Positions 18,567 through 27,473 of a stretch of DNA of 64,000 bases are shown piece by piece. This stretch comes from Terriglobia bacterium. Its GTDB lineage: Bacteria > Acidobacteriota > Terriglobia > Terriglobales > Acidobacteriaceae. The notes under the pieces were generated by a model. That model worked only from the letters and a program-made list of their open reading frames with translations. It ran no database searches and was not told where the DNA came from. The position numbers were made by a program, and so were the translations under genes. Location of the stretch: contig CAWDNG010000012.1 of NCBI GenBank assembly GCA_963803605.1, forward strand, positions 396,974 to 460,973, read 5' to 3'. Positions within the stretch are counted from its first letter, which is position 1, and every line of letters starts with the position of its first letter.

Positions 18567-19910
18567 TCAAGCCGCCTGAGCCTCGCAGCGCTCCTCCCAA
18601 TAGTCCTCAAAACGGCCATTGAAATGAGAGCAGCGCAGCGCCAAGATTGCGTTGGCTCCCCGGACGGTCCAGAACATTCCCGATTGTTTGAGACGAGAGC
18701 CGATCACGGTCTTGCATCCCGCTTCGATCACACCCGAGCCAACAAACAAGTGTTGCCGGCGAAACTTGGGATAACGCATCCGCGCTGCATTTCTCTCGAA
18801 GTAATCGGCCTCGGTGCGAATCTTCTCGGCCATTAGGGGATTGCCAGCGGGAATGGCCCGCAGCGCGCTCACCAGTTTTTCGATTTTCCCCTTGTCCAGC
18901 AGGTGCTTCTGGTGGACCTTCATCCAAGCTTTCTGTTGGGCTTCCTGGTGGGGATACAGCTGGCGCACCACCTCCCACAGATGCTGGCGCGCATGGTAGA
19001 GGTCGACAATCTGAATCGCGTCCGGGAAGTGTTCGGCGACCAGAGTCCAGATCCATACGGCTCCATCACCGATGACCACCTTCTTCTTGGCGCGGCTCCA
19101 ACCTCGTTTTAGCGCTTCCAGATAGATGCGCTTGCCAAACTGTTCTGCCGTTTCGATGGCCCCGGTGTAGGTGGTGGAATCCGGATCGCGGATGGCGAAG
19201 CCTTTCTCGTCCCAGGTAGTTTGCGTGAACACACATCCCAACTTGACCTCCCGTGTATGAGCGGGTTGGCCCTCGGTCTTGCCTTGCCGGCCCACCGTCT
19301 CTTTCTTCACGACGGGAACTCCGGTCCCGTCCATTTGCACATACAGGATGGGAATCGGCTGGCCGACCAGGACGGGTAGATCCAACTGCATGGCTTTCTG
19401 GATCTCTGCTTGCTCGCGCTGGGCGATATCGCCTCCGATGGCCTCGGCGATACGCTCCACGGATTTAGTGGTCACCTCCAAACCGGCCAGGAGCTGCATC
19501 TGCTCGCGACCGTGATCGAACGGAGCCTCTTGGCCCACCAGAGCATGCATGCGGCGCACTCCGGGAGAAAACTCCGTATTTTCGATGTCCAGTTCGACAT
19601 CCACCGGAAACTGACCGACGTGACATTGGGAGCATAAGTAGTAGGGGCGGGCAATGCGCACCCGACCTACGATGGTTAAGATGGGTTTGGAGCGGATTTC
19701 CTGGTATTGGGCGTGATGGCCACATCGGCACGGCAGCTGACGCTGATCCCCCGCTGGGGTGTCGAATTGCAGCAGTTCGCTTAAGGCGGCGGCGCCCGCT
19801 TGGTGGAGAGCAGTTCGCAAGGCCGACTCTACCGCTTCCAGATCGGTCCGGCGGTCCTTACGGCGTTGTGCAAAGACATGGCCGAGCAGTTGATTTACTT
19901 CCCGCGCCAC
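18567..19910 (-). CDS. ISKra4-family DDE transposase, orfB part (probably expressed as an orfA-orfB fusion)
   Basis: CRCGHHAQYQ..YYLCSQCHVGQFPVD zinc ribbon, YVQMDGTGVP, REVKLGCVF, VIGDGAVWIW, IVDLYHARQHLWE. This pattern is typical of ISKra4 transposases (recognised from memory). Confidence 0.9.
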   Translation of the reverse strand: MAREVNQLLGHVFAQRRKDRRTDLEAVESALRTALHQAGAAALSELLQFDTPAGDQRQLPCRCGHHAQYQEIRSKPILTIVGRVRIARPYYLCSQCHVGQFPVDVELDIENTEFSPGVRRMHALVGQEAPFDHGREQMQLLAGLEVTTKSVERIAEAIGGDIAQREQAEIQKAMQLDLPVLVGQPIPILYVQMDGTGVPVVKKETVGRQGKTEGQPAHTREVKLGCVFTQTTWDEKGFAIRDPDSTTYTGAIETAEQFGKRIYLEALKRGWSRAKKKVVIGDGAVWIWTLVAEHFPDAIQIVDLYHARQHLWEVVRQLYPHQEAQQKAWMKVHQKHLLDKGKIEKLVSALRAIPAGNPLMAEKIRTEADYFERNAARMRYPKFRRQHLFVGSGVIEAGCKTVIGSRLKQSGMFWTVRGANAILALRCSHFNGRFEDYWEERCEAQAA

Positions 19911-20302
19911 CTCTTGATGGATCGCAGCAGCCGTTTTTTTTCCTGCTCGCTCCAGCCACCCCGATGCTGCTCAACCGGGCGGAGTCGACAGATCTTGTCG
20001 TTGAGGGCGACCAGGTCCTGGCTGAGCTTCTGGAAACGGTGAAACTCGGCGACTTCTTGCTGTGCCTTGCGCAGCGCGGTGGGATTGGGAAAGGTTTCTG
20101 TCACCGTCTTGCCGGACACGCGGCGAGTGAGGCGAAATTGCGGGTCATGTCCCGGGTCGTTGTGTTTGGCGCAGTGGCAGGAGGGCTTGCCGCAGCGTCG
20201 GGTCACGGCGGTAATGGAGCCAGGTCGCAGATCACCCAAGCGGAGGAACTCCTCCAGGAGCTCGGATCTTTGGGTCTCCAAGGTGGCGAGATCGTCAGAC
20301 AT
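19895..20302 (-). CDS. IS orfA, DUF6788-like zinc-finger protein
   Basis: RRCGKPSCHCAKHNDPGHDPQFRLTRRVSGKTVTETF. It ends 16 nt inside orfB, which is in the -1 frame. Confidence 0.85.
   Translation of the reverse strand: MSDDLATLETQRSELLEEFLRLGDLRPGSITAVTRRCGKPSCHCAKHNDPGHDPQFRLTRRVSGKTVTETFPNPTALRKAQQEVAEFHRFQKLSQDLVALNDKICRLRPVEQHRGGWSEQEKKRLLRSIKRWRGK
19934..19941 (-). other. A8 slippery run (A_AAA_AAA in the orfA frame) for programmed -1 frameshifting
   Basis: The plus strand has T8. In the orfA frame the codons read GAA AAA AAA CGG. Shifting -1 gives ..KKTAAAIHQEVAREVNQLLGHVF.., which is the orfB frame and is open through the site. Confidence 0.6.
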
Positions 20303-20640
20303 AAGGGGTCTCCTTTCTGTAGCGCATCTTGTCTGTACGTATACATACGTTCAGAATCATGCCACAAAAAAAGAAAACCCGCTAGATGCCCCTTCCATGT
20401 CGCCCGCCCGCTACCCCTTCTCGCGTGGCCTCCTCGGCTCCCTTGGGAACATAGTAGCCGGTGGTCTTTCCTTTCTCTCCGCGGTAGCTCACATTCAGCG
20501 GACCATGCTTGGGTCCATCGCCCTGACAATGACAGCCCGCTCGCCCGCAGGTGCGGTAGGTTTCCGAGAGCGTTCCAAAGACAGCCACCTCGGCCAGACG
20601 TTCAATCTCACGCAGCAGCTTACGTCGTTGGGCCGTAGCG

Positions 20641-22062
20641 TCAACCGACCTGGCCATGGTCCCTCCGACGCGCTTGATCGCGAGCAATAGAAAACAGATT
20701 CTTGGTAATCACACACCAGCCCACGTAGCGCTCAAATCCAAACCCTCCTTTATAGGTGGCCCGCCACATCGAAAAGGGATGCTTCAAGGTGCTGATGGTG
20801 GCTTCACAGCCGGCCCGCCAGCGCAGCACGCGCCGGAACCAGCGCTGCTTCTGTTGCTGCGATCGCGTGGCGGAAAGTCGTCCGCGCGCCGGCAGCGCCA
20901 CCTTCTTCACCCCCAGGGCTTGTGCCTCCCGCTCGTTTTGAGCAGAGAAAAATCCGCGGTCGGCGGTGGCCATCTCCGGCACTCGCCCGAAGCCAACTCG
21001 ATGTTGTTTCAGGGCCGGCATCCAGGCCGTGGTATCGTCCGGATTGCCGACGAAAACTTGGTAGCCGCTCACGATGCCGTTTTCCACCTCGTCAATCCGC
21101 ACCAGCCTACCAAACTCGTTCGGCTTATGCGTTTTGCCTTTGCGAATGACTTCGGTGTGGGGCTCGAACAGACTCAACACTTTGCCCTCTACGTGGCAGT
21201 TTCCATCCCACACCCGTTCCTTCGTTTGCCGGATGACCTTCTCCACCAGAGGAAGAAAGTGTCGCAGTTGGCCGATCTGCGTTTCTACGCGCAGTAGTTT
21301 GCCCACCACCTTCAGCCGTCCCTTCCCCCATCGTTGCACCACTTCGCTGGCCTGTCGCACCACGCTCCGGGTCAGCCCCACCAACTTCTGGTAACTATCC
21401 CGCATGCGCTGCTGGTTGGCCTGGGTCAGGCACTTGGCGGCGCGGCTGATCTCCAGCAGACGATGCTTCACCGCGCGCCCGTGATCGACCACTTCCAGGG
21501 CTCCGTCCGTACACTCGACGGCGATCCGTTGTAGGCTGCGGCTGAGCACGCGGATGCCGTCGCCCAAAAGCGAGCTATCGGTTGGGTAATGCACGTTGCT
21601 CTCAACTACGGTCGTGTCGGTGCGTAACCTATCGCCTCGGGCTACGCCTTGCTCGCAGGCGAGGCCGACCACTCGCTGATGAATCTCTGCCGTGACCGCC
21701 GGACTGAGCAGGGCAAAGCTGCGGCTGAAGGTCGTGAAATCGGGCGTAACCTCGGCATCGAAGTGGGTGAAGCGGCGGTACACCAGGTTGCTGCGCAGCT
21801 CCCGTTCCAGATCGCGGAAGCTCCAGCCCTTCAGATGCTTCATGACACAGCAGCGCAGCAGACGATCCGGGGCCATGCCGTCGCGCCCGGTGCGCGTCGA
21901 AAGTGGGCTGCGCGCGGCCAGACCTTGGCGGACCAAGTCGACCAGTGCGGGATCGTCCAAGAGCGCATCCACGGGATCGAGCAAATCGTCCTTGAGCAGC
22001 ACCGCTTGGCGGGCCAAGGGCGCGTAGAAGAGCCAGGCTTGGTGGGAAGTCGAGGGGATCAT
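20641..22062 (-). CDS. IS5/ISNCY-type DDE transposase (IS4/IS5 superfamily)
   Basis: DTTVVESNVHYPTDSSLL, GNPDDTTAWMPAL, ATADRGFFS, and C-terminal RWRAGCEATISTLKH..ATYKG..G..RYVGW.VI.KNL. Start chosen at MIPSTSHQAW (22062); the ORF-track start is 22125. I could not identify the element's ends. Confidence 0.8.
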   Translation of the reverse strand: MIPSTSHQAWLFYAPLARQAVLLKDDLLDPVDALLDDPALVDLVRQGLAARSPLSTRTGRDGMAPDRLLRCCVMKHLKGWSFRDLERELRSNLVYRRFTHFDAEVTPDFTTFSRSFALLSPAVTAEIHQRVVGLACEQGVARGDRLRTDTTVVESNVHYPTDSSLLGDGIRVLSRSLQRIAVECTDGALEVVDHGRAVKHRLLEISRAAKCLTQANQQRMRDSYQKLVGLTRSVVRQASEVVQRWGKGRLKVVGKLLRVETQIGQLRHFLPLVEKVIRQTKERVWDGNCHVEGKVLSLFEPHTEVIRKGKTHKPNEFGRLVRIDEVENGIVSGYQVFVGNPDDTTAWMPALKQHRVGFGRVPEMATADRGFFSAQNEREAQALGVKKVALPARGRLSATRSQQQKQRWFRRVLRWRAGCEATISTLKHPFSMWRATYKGGFGFERYVGWCVITKNLFSIARDQARRRDHGQVG

Positions 22063-22203
22063 AACGTACTCGACTATATCGATTAAGATTAATTCTGTCA
22101 AGCAACAAGAGTGGGATTCGTGCAATTCTTTTCAGGAAAGTGTGCGAAAAAAATAAGCGAACTTGTAGATCTGCCACGCCCCCGTGTCACCTACCCGCGT
22201 CAG

Positions 22204-22993
22204 TCAAGGGGTTGAGCCCTGTGTTTCACAACAGGCTTTAGCTAGAGCTTCGACAAACCGGCTCATGGTGCCGCCAAAAGTCCGGGATGGGGCAGGGTAG
22301 TAGGCATTCTGTAAAGAGCTGACCGCGAGCGTGCCGAAAAGTTCCGAGGAGTTGAACTCGCTCTGTCCGGTGTCGCTTCTGGTGATCAGCACGCGGGTTG
22401 CGGCATACCAGGCGCGGCCAAACAACCGTTTCCGGTCAGAAGGGAAGTAGCGCGGGTCCTGGTGCAAAAGGGTCGACAGCAGAAAGCCCTGGACGAAGCG
22501 GCGGGATTCGGTGTCGGCCAACGTTGCCCCGAAGCGCTTTCCCCAACCCTGCATGCCGCCGCCATACTCGGGCCATTGGGCCCACATCTGCGACCATGTG
22601 GCTTCAAAGCCAGCGGCCGCGAAAGGTGTACGGGGAATAGGTGTGCCTTAAGAAAAGCTCATACTTGCATTTCCGCGTCAGAGGCAGGTATGCGGAGGGA
22701 GCCTCGGTATGGCCGGATCGGTGCACTTGCTTGCGTGGGATTCTTGCCTGGCATCCGGACTTTGAGGTCATCGATTGCGCATTCGGAGGCCGGGCGGCCA
22801 TGATCGATTGGGAGCCGCCAACCGCTCCCGCGGTGGAATCACCCGAGGAGATTTCCCCGGGCGCTGCCTGCGGACGGGTCGACTGGGCCCAGCCCAGAAC
22901 TCCCATGCGAGTCATGCCGGCGGACCAGCGCAGACGCGGGCCCCTGAGGTCGCTCAGGGTCTCCGCGTCCGCAAGAAAGTAAGCATAGGCCAC
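22204..22993 (-). pseudogene. hypothetical protein gene with a +1-nt frameshift (or homopolymer sequencing error)
   Basis: ..KYELFLRHTYSPYTF runs into TGA at 22604. Dropping one T of the TTT (A3 at 22622-22624 on the plus strand) continues AAAGFEATWSQMWAQWPEYGGGMQGWGKRFG..HQDPRYF. The GTG start abuts the upstream stop. Confidence 0.6.
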
Positions 22994-24157
22994 TCACTGA
23001 TGGGGCTTTTCCTTTTCAGGCCGGGCCTGGTTCTGGTGCGGTTGCTGCTTGGCCTGCACTTTCTGCTGTTCCTTCTCCTGCCGTTGCTCTAATCGCTGGG
23101 TCTGTTGCTGATGCTTCTGTTCAAGCTGCCGATTTCGGGCTTCATTCTCTTGGCCTTTTGCCATCCGCTGATGTTCCTGGTCTTGCTTTTGCTCAAGTTT
23201 CTGGCGTTGCTTCTCCTGATTGGCATACATTTTCTGCTGCTGTTTCTCATACTTCTGATCCAGTTTCTGATTTCCGGTAGTGGGAGCCGGGAGCCGTTCA
23301 CCGTGGGGAAGGTCGTTAGGATCGGGCTACGTTGTTGTGCGGATTTGGCGCCGGGTTATTACCAGGACGCGGTTGGGATCCACCGTGGGCTGCGGGGCGA
23401 TTAGCGGGAGGCCGATAGGGACCGCCCGCCTCTTTGGCAGCAACGACATGATCGCGAAATTCGCCTGGCTTCGGAGTTGCGGCTATGGGGTTTTGCCCCG
23501 ATTCACGGAAGCACGCAGCTCGCGGTTAGCACGAGCAGCTTTTATCTGCTGATTCTGGGCGGCCACGCGGGCGATGTGGTGGTCGCGTTCCGCATTTTCC
23601 TCGTCCGGCCGCGGACGCGCATTGATGCCGCCTGCACCTCCGTTGTAGCTGATCCGGTTCACCGTGGTATTGATCACCGTGGTGTTGTACACGTTGTGAA
23701 TGTGCGTGACGTTGACATTGTTGACGGAGCGGTTATAGAAGAAGCGGCCGTTCTCCCAGCGTCCGCCTTCGTAGCCGTGGCCGACATAGCCATATCCGTA
23801 ATCGATTCCGCCATAAAAGCCGACGTGCGGGCCCCAGTAGCCGTCATGGAAGACAAAGCCTGCGCCATTCCAGCCCCAATAACCCGGAGTCCACAGCAGG
23901 CCTGGTTCGGGCGCCTCAACCCAGGTTCCCGGCACCCAGTAGTAATCCCCTTCGTCGTAGTCATAGGCCCAGTACCCGGGCGTCCAGATGTGGCCTTCGC
24001 CGGGACAGAGAGGTTGTTCATATACCGGCAATGGCGGCGGTCCGAAGGTCAGAGAAACGGAAACCTGGGCCGACGAAATAGTGGCGAGAGCGGGCACTAT
24101 CAAAACCAGCACAGCCAGTGCCCATACTGCCGATCGGATAAAGCTAGTTTTACGCAT
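22994..24157 (-). pseudogene. YXWGXW-repeat secreted protein with Gln/Glu/Lys-rich C-terminal tail, two frameshifts
   Basis: Signal peptide, then TPGYWAYD..YYWVPGTWV..WTPGYWGWNG..HDGYWGP repeats. TAG at 23483-23485 follows a C4 run (G4 at 23487-23490 on the plus strand). The next frame reads IAATPKPGEFRDHVVAAKEAGGPY..PGNNPAPNPHNN. A second shift at the C3 run (23324-23326) leads into PDPNDL..QEKQRQKLEQKQDQEHQ.. ending at 22994. Confidence 0.6.
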
Positions 24158-24213
24158 GGTTGGATGCCCCTCTCAACGTCAGCGGCGTCTGACCTCTCCA
24201 TCCGCCCGAGACT

Positions 24214-24693
24214 TCACGCCGCCTCGCGACTGGGCTGGGTATGACTCTTCTGGCCCTTGGTGCGAACTGCCTTCATGGCCGAACGCTTGCGGGCAGCCGC
24301 GCCCCGCTTTCGGGCAGCAGCATGGGCCCGCCGGGAGAGCGCACGGCGCGAGGCCGCGCTATGCCCTTCTCTTTTGAAAGCGCCACTGACGGCGAGTGAG
24401 CGCGTGGAGGATGCCTTACGGCGGGAACGTTTTTGTCCCTTACTGTAGTCGCGGACCGCCTGGCCCCTGGTCGTGGCCGGGGCGCTTCCCTTGCGGGGCG
24501 GTCGCAGCTTGACACCTGCCCTGCGCGCTTTGGAAAGACCGATTGCTATTGCCTGCTTGGTCGAGCGTGCACCATGTTTGCCTTCGCGAACATGATGTAT
24601 TTCTTCGCGGACAAATTCTCCCGCCTGTGTGCTCGGCGATTTTCCCTCACGAGCATCTTCGCGGGCGCGTTCAACCGTCTCTTTTTCGGGCAT
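24214..24693 (-). CDS. DUF6496-type basic protein
   Basis: MPEKETVERAREDAREGKSPSTQAGEFVREEIHHVREGKHGARSTKQAIAIGLSKARRAGVKL is the conserved DUF6496 N-terminal block. The tail is Arg/Lys/Ala-rich. Confidence 0.8.
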   Translation of the reverse strand: MPEKETVERAREDAREGKSPSTQAGEFVREEIHHVREGKHGARSTKQAIAIGLSKARRAGVKLRPPRKGSAPATTRGQAVRDYSKGQKRSRRKASSTRSLAVSGAFKREGHSAASRRALSRRAHAAARKRGAAARKRSAMKAVRTKGQKSHTQPSREAA

Positions 24694-24828
24694 ACCAGCC
24701 TCCTGGGAAAGCCTAAAAGGCCGCTCCCTGCGCCGGAATCGAAGGTATGCTGTAATTTCCCCAAGGGATTGCTGTAGCCGCTCGTGGCCAGCCCCATCGC
24801 GAAGATCAAGGTGGCGTGGTCGGACGCC

Positions 24829-25617
24829 TCAAGCGGCCTTCGATTCGCGGCAAAGTTGCTGATAGTATTCGCGACCGCGACGATAGCCCCGCGCAAAGGG
24901 CTCCGCCACCTGCTTACCTGGATACTGGCGCTCGAGTTCCTCGACTCTGACCGACAATTCCGCCAGGGCCTGATCATATTCCTGACAGCGGGTGCGAGCG
25001 TGAAGTGCGGATTCGAAGCCGAGGCGGTAAAACTCTTCATCCTGGCCGAAGTTTCCGCCGTGAACCGAATAGTGCTCCTTTTCGGCACTACGTAAACCGG
25101 TCCACCATTGTTCACGAGCGGCGTCACCCGCCTCAGCACCTTCGACCTTCAACAGTTCGCGAACGCGCGAGGCGTGAGCCGGGTCATCGGCGAGGGCAAT
25201 CACCACGCTGCGGCCCTTGCGCAAGGCATCCTCGTAAACGAACAGCTCGTCCTCGGGTAGCCCTTCAGTCATGGATTTCTCCAACTTTTCACCGCCGATG
25301 GCGCCAAGGCTGGCGCCCGCCGCGCCGAGAACAGCCGCACCCAGCAGGCCGAGCGCGCTGATTGCGCCGACGCCGGGTACGATGGCTGCGATCGCAAACG
25401 GTCCCGACAGTCCTGCCGCTGCTCCGACCACGGCGCCAATGGCCTTACCCATGCCCGGCTGCTCGCCTGTGACTACCGGGACGGACTGCAGGTCTTTTGC
25501 GCTGCTGCACTGGGTCAAAAGGGTCACACGATCATCCTGCAACCCGAGGGAACGCAACTCTGCCAGCGCATGTTCGGCGTCTGAGCGCGATCGAAATATT
25601 CCAGTTACGGTTTTCAT
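24829..25617 (-). CDS. general-stress-protein-like (YflT/GSP17M-type N-domain) protein with a Gly/Ala-rich hydrophobic segment
   Basis: MKTVTGIFRSRSDAEHALAELRSLGL..DRVTLL is the YflT-like motif. This is followed by a GAVVGAAAGLSGPFAIAAIVPGVGAISALGLLGAAVLGAAGA segment. I prefer the ATG at 25617 over the TTG at 25623. Confidence 0.65.
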   Translation of the reverse strand: MKTVTGIFRSRSDAEHALAELRSLGLQDDRVTLLTQCSSAKDLQSVPVVTGEQPGMGKAIGAVVGAAAGLSGPFAIAAIVPGVGAISALGLLGAAVLGAAGASLGAIGGEKLEKSMTEGLPEDELFVYEDALRKGRSVVIALADDPAHASRVRELLKVEGAEAGDAAREQWWTGLRSAEKEHYSVHGGNFGQDEEFYRLGFESALHARTRCQEYDQALAELSVRVEELERQYPGKQVAEPFARGYRRGREYYQQLCRESKAA

Positions 25618-25814
25618 CGTCAACTACACCTTTCACTTATCTGCAGGTTGCGACTTCAGCCCGCCCACTTCACCGGCAGTCTGTACCTTGGTTTCTCCGC
25701 GAGCCATTCAAACGCTAGCCAGTGCGGAATGCCTACACCATCCGGTAAAGGCTGTAGATCAGCCTCGGCGATAACTGAGCCGATGATTTGCCGGCTTCCC
25801 CTCACTCTTCGTCC

Positions 25815-26258
25815 TTACCATCCTTTGTGCCGTCTTGGGCGGAAGGATTCCCAGAGATACCAGACAAGAATCGAAACCGAAAACCACGCGACGGTGGAAC
25901 CAGTCAGCACCAGCCAGACGGGAAAGACAGGCAGGAGGCGCCACGCCAGGAGGGCAAATACAAGGAGGCCAAGCGCGCCCATGGCAGCGCCGAAGGCGTC
26001 CATTTCCACCGCCTTTCGGCCTTTCATTTGGGCGGAGACTGTATTTCGCTTCTCCCTGCGCTGCTCGTGTTCCGCGATCAAGGTCGCGCTCGCGGGGAAG
26101 ATCGAGGGGAATGCCAGAAACAGTCCGCCCAGGACAGGGCCGTACTTGTGCGTTATAACGCCGGCCAATGCGGTGACGAATCCACCCATCACGAAGCGAG
26201 ACAAGTATTCATGCCACGTAATCTGCAACAGAGCGGAGGGCTGTGGTGAAGGTTTCAT
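25815..26258 (-). CDS. DUF3147 family membrane protein
   Basis: YLSRFVMGGFVTALAGVITHKYGPVLGGLFLAFPSIFPAS. The ATG at 26258 overlaps the upstream stop (ATGA). Confidence 0.8.
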   Translation of the reverse strand: MKPSPQPSALLQITWHEYLSRFVMGGFVTALAGVITHKYGPVLGGLFLAFPSIFPASATLIAEHEQRREKRNTVSAQMKGRKAVEMDAFGAAMGALGLLVFALLAWRLLPVFPVWLVLTGSTVAWFSVSILVWYLWESFRPRRHKGW

Positions 26259-26599
26259 CGCAGGAACAAAACCCAAAGGCCGAAGGCTCCCGCGAGCCAG
26301 ACGGATAACGACATCAGCGTAGCGGGGAGCACGGGCAATTTGCGGTAAGCCAGGAGCAAGACCACGAGCAAGGCGTAAATCAGGAAGGCAATCGAACCCG
26401 CGACCATAGAGCGAGCCTCGGTGGCCGCGAATGCCGATCCTTGCCTGGATATGGTCAGGCCAAGTGTGGCCAGGGCGACGGACGGGGCAGCGCTAAATAA
26501 TCCGGCGAAACTCTTAGGCTTGAGGACGTCGTCCAACACCGAGAAAACGGAGACCACAGCACCGCCAACAATCACGCGTAGCAGGATTTCCGTGAGCAT
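26255..26599 (-). CDS. DUF3147 family membrane protein
   Basis: MLTEILLRVIVGGAVVSVFSVLDDVLKPKSFAGLFSAAPSVALATLGL. Paired with and coupled to 25815-26258. Confidence 0.8.
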   Translation of the reverse strand: MLTEILLRVIVGGAVVSVFSVLDDVLKPKSFAGLFSAAPSVALATLGLTISRQGSAFAATEARSMVAGSIAFLIYALLVVLLLAYRKLPVLPATLMSLSVWLAGAFGLWVLFLR

Positions 26600-26705
26600 G
26601 GATTCAAAGCATGGTGCAATCCGGCAGAACAACTCTCAACCGCGATACCAGTCACTCCGAGCCACGGTCAGGCGCTCCGGGCCCAGCGCGGCTCGGGTGG
26701 CGAGA

Positions 26706-26737
26706 CATGAAGCCCAGCCTGACGACTGGGCTTCATG
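26706..26737 (-). terminator. 12-bp perfect hairpin downstream of the 26751-27125 gene (no U-tract)
   Basis: catgaagcccag / cctgacga / ctgggcttcatg, seen directly. The lack of a T-run makes intrinsic termination uncertain. Confidence 0.35.
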
Positions 26738-26750
26738 AGCCCTCGCGATT

Positions 26751-27125
26751 TTAGCGGGTTGTACTGCCGGCCTGGCAGGTCTTGGAGACGTGCTTGAACG
26801 AAGTGACGTCAATCGTCTTTTGCGCTTGCCCCATCGTGCTGTTGCTGGCGCCGCTGTTCGTGGATGTGGACGCCGCACTTTCTGTGCCGGTCACTTTGAT
26901 TTCGTGGCCGATATGTTCGCTCAACTTCGCGGTGTTTCCAGTCAGCTCAAAGTTGTTGCCCTTCATATCGGTCAGCATGTAGTTGCCAGCCGAACCACTC
27001 AAGCAACCCTCGACTGTTGTGTGACTGCCGGTATTCGCAGATTTCGACTGACTGGGATAATTTTGTGCGGCGGCCCAGGTGGCGCCAAGCAACAGTACCG
27101 AAACTACTAGCAGGTATCGCATCAT
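26751..27125 (-). CDS. small secreted Ser/Thr/Gly-rich protein
   Basis: GGAGG lies 6 nt upstream of the ATG at 27125. Signal peptide MMRYLLVVSVLLLGATWAAAQ. No recognised domain. Confidence 0.6.
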   Translation of the reverse strand: MMRYLLVVSVLLLGATWAAAQNYPSQSKSANTGSHTTVEGCLSGSAGNYMLTDMKGNNFELTGNTAKLSEHIGHEIKVTGTESAASTSTNSGASNSTMGQAQKTIDVTSFKHVSKTCQAGSTTR

Positions 27126-27233
27126 TGTGACCTCCATCGTTTGTCTTCTGCATGCGGTTGCGAGCGCATGCGGCTGAGTTGCGTGAACAAATTCCACGCC
27201 CCTTGAGGCGTAGTCGACGATCGCAGGCGCGGT

Positions 27234-27473
27234 TTAAGAAGTGACCGCTTCCTCTTTAAGCACGGGAATGCTTGAGGGTCTTGGAGCTATCGAAATGAGC
27301 GGTTCGTCAAGCCGGTAGATCACTCCCAAAGGACACAAGCGACATGACTCAAACCGGTCACCTTCGACATAGGTCGCGCGCTCCATTAACTTGTGCGGCG
27401 TCGAATGCAAAGCGGAATAAACACCAGAAGCGGTAACCAGATCCCCGTCCTTGAACACATTGAACACGGCCAT
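27234..27473 (-). CDS. hypothetical 79-aa protein
   Basis: ORF only, with plausible composition and a CxxC (CRLC). Confidence 0.4.
   Translation of the reverse strand: MAVFNVFKDGDLVTASGVYSALHSTPHKLMERATYVEGDRFESCRLCPLGVIYRLDEPLISIAPRPSSIPVLKEEAVTS

Larger units (their letters stand above)
18542..20409 (-). mobile_element. ISKra4-like insertion sequence (1868 bp) with terminal inverted repeats and 8-bp target-site duplication
   Basis: IRs are GGGCGGGCGACATaGAAGtGG (18543 onward) and its inverted match GGGCGGGCGACATgGAAGgGG (revcomp ending at 20409). Direct repeats GCTACCCC at 18534-18541 and 20410-20417. Carries orfA/orfB. Confidence 0.85.
18440..20657 (-). pseudogene. DUF6788-like zinc-finger gene split by IS insertion (fragments 20657-20410 and 18541-18440)
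   Basis: The upstream fragment MARSVDATAQRRKLLREIERLAEVAVFGTLSETYRTCGRAGCHCQGDGPKHGP..YVPKGAEEATREGVA stops making sense at the IS end. Removing 18542-20409 plus one copy of GCTACCCC joins it in frame to AWQQMQQCLRELAELNKERNLRRAREADAR*. The joined product aligns colinearly with the IS orfA protein. Confidence 0.8.

Noticed and set aside
22063-22203. Search for inverted repeats or target duplication of the IS5/ISNCY-like element
   Set aside because: I found only weak, gapped similarity between the two candidate ends, so I report the transposase CDS but not element boundaries.
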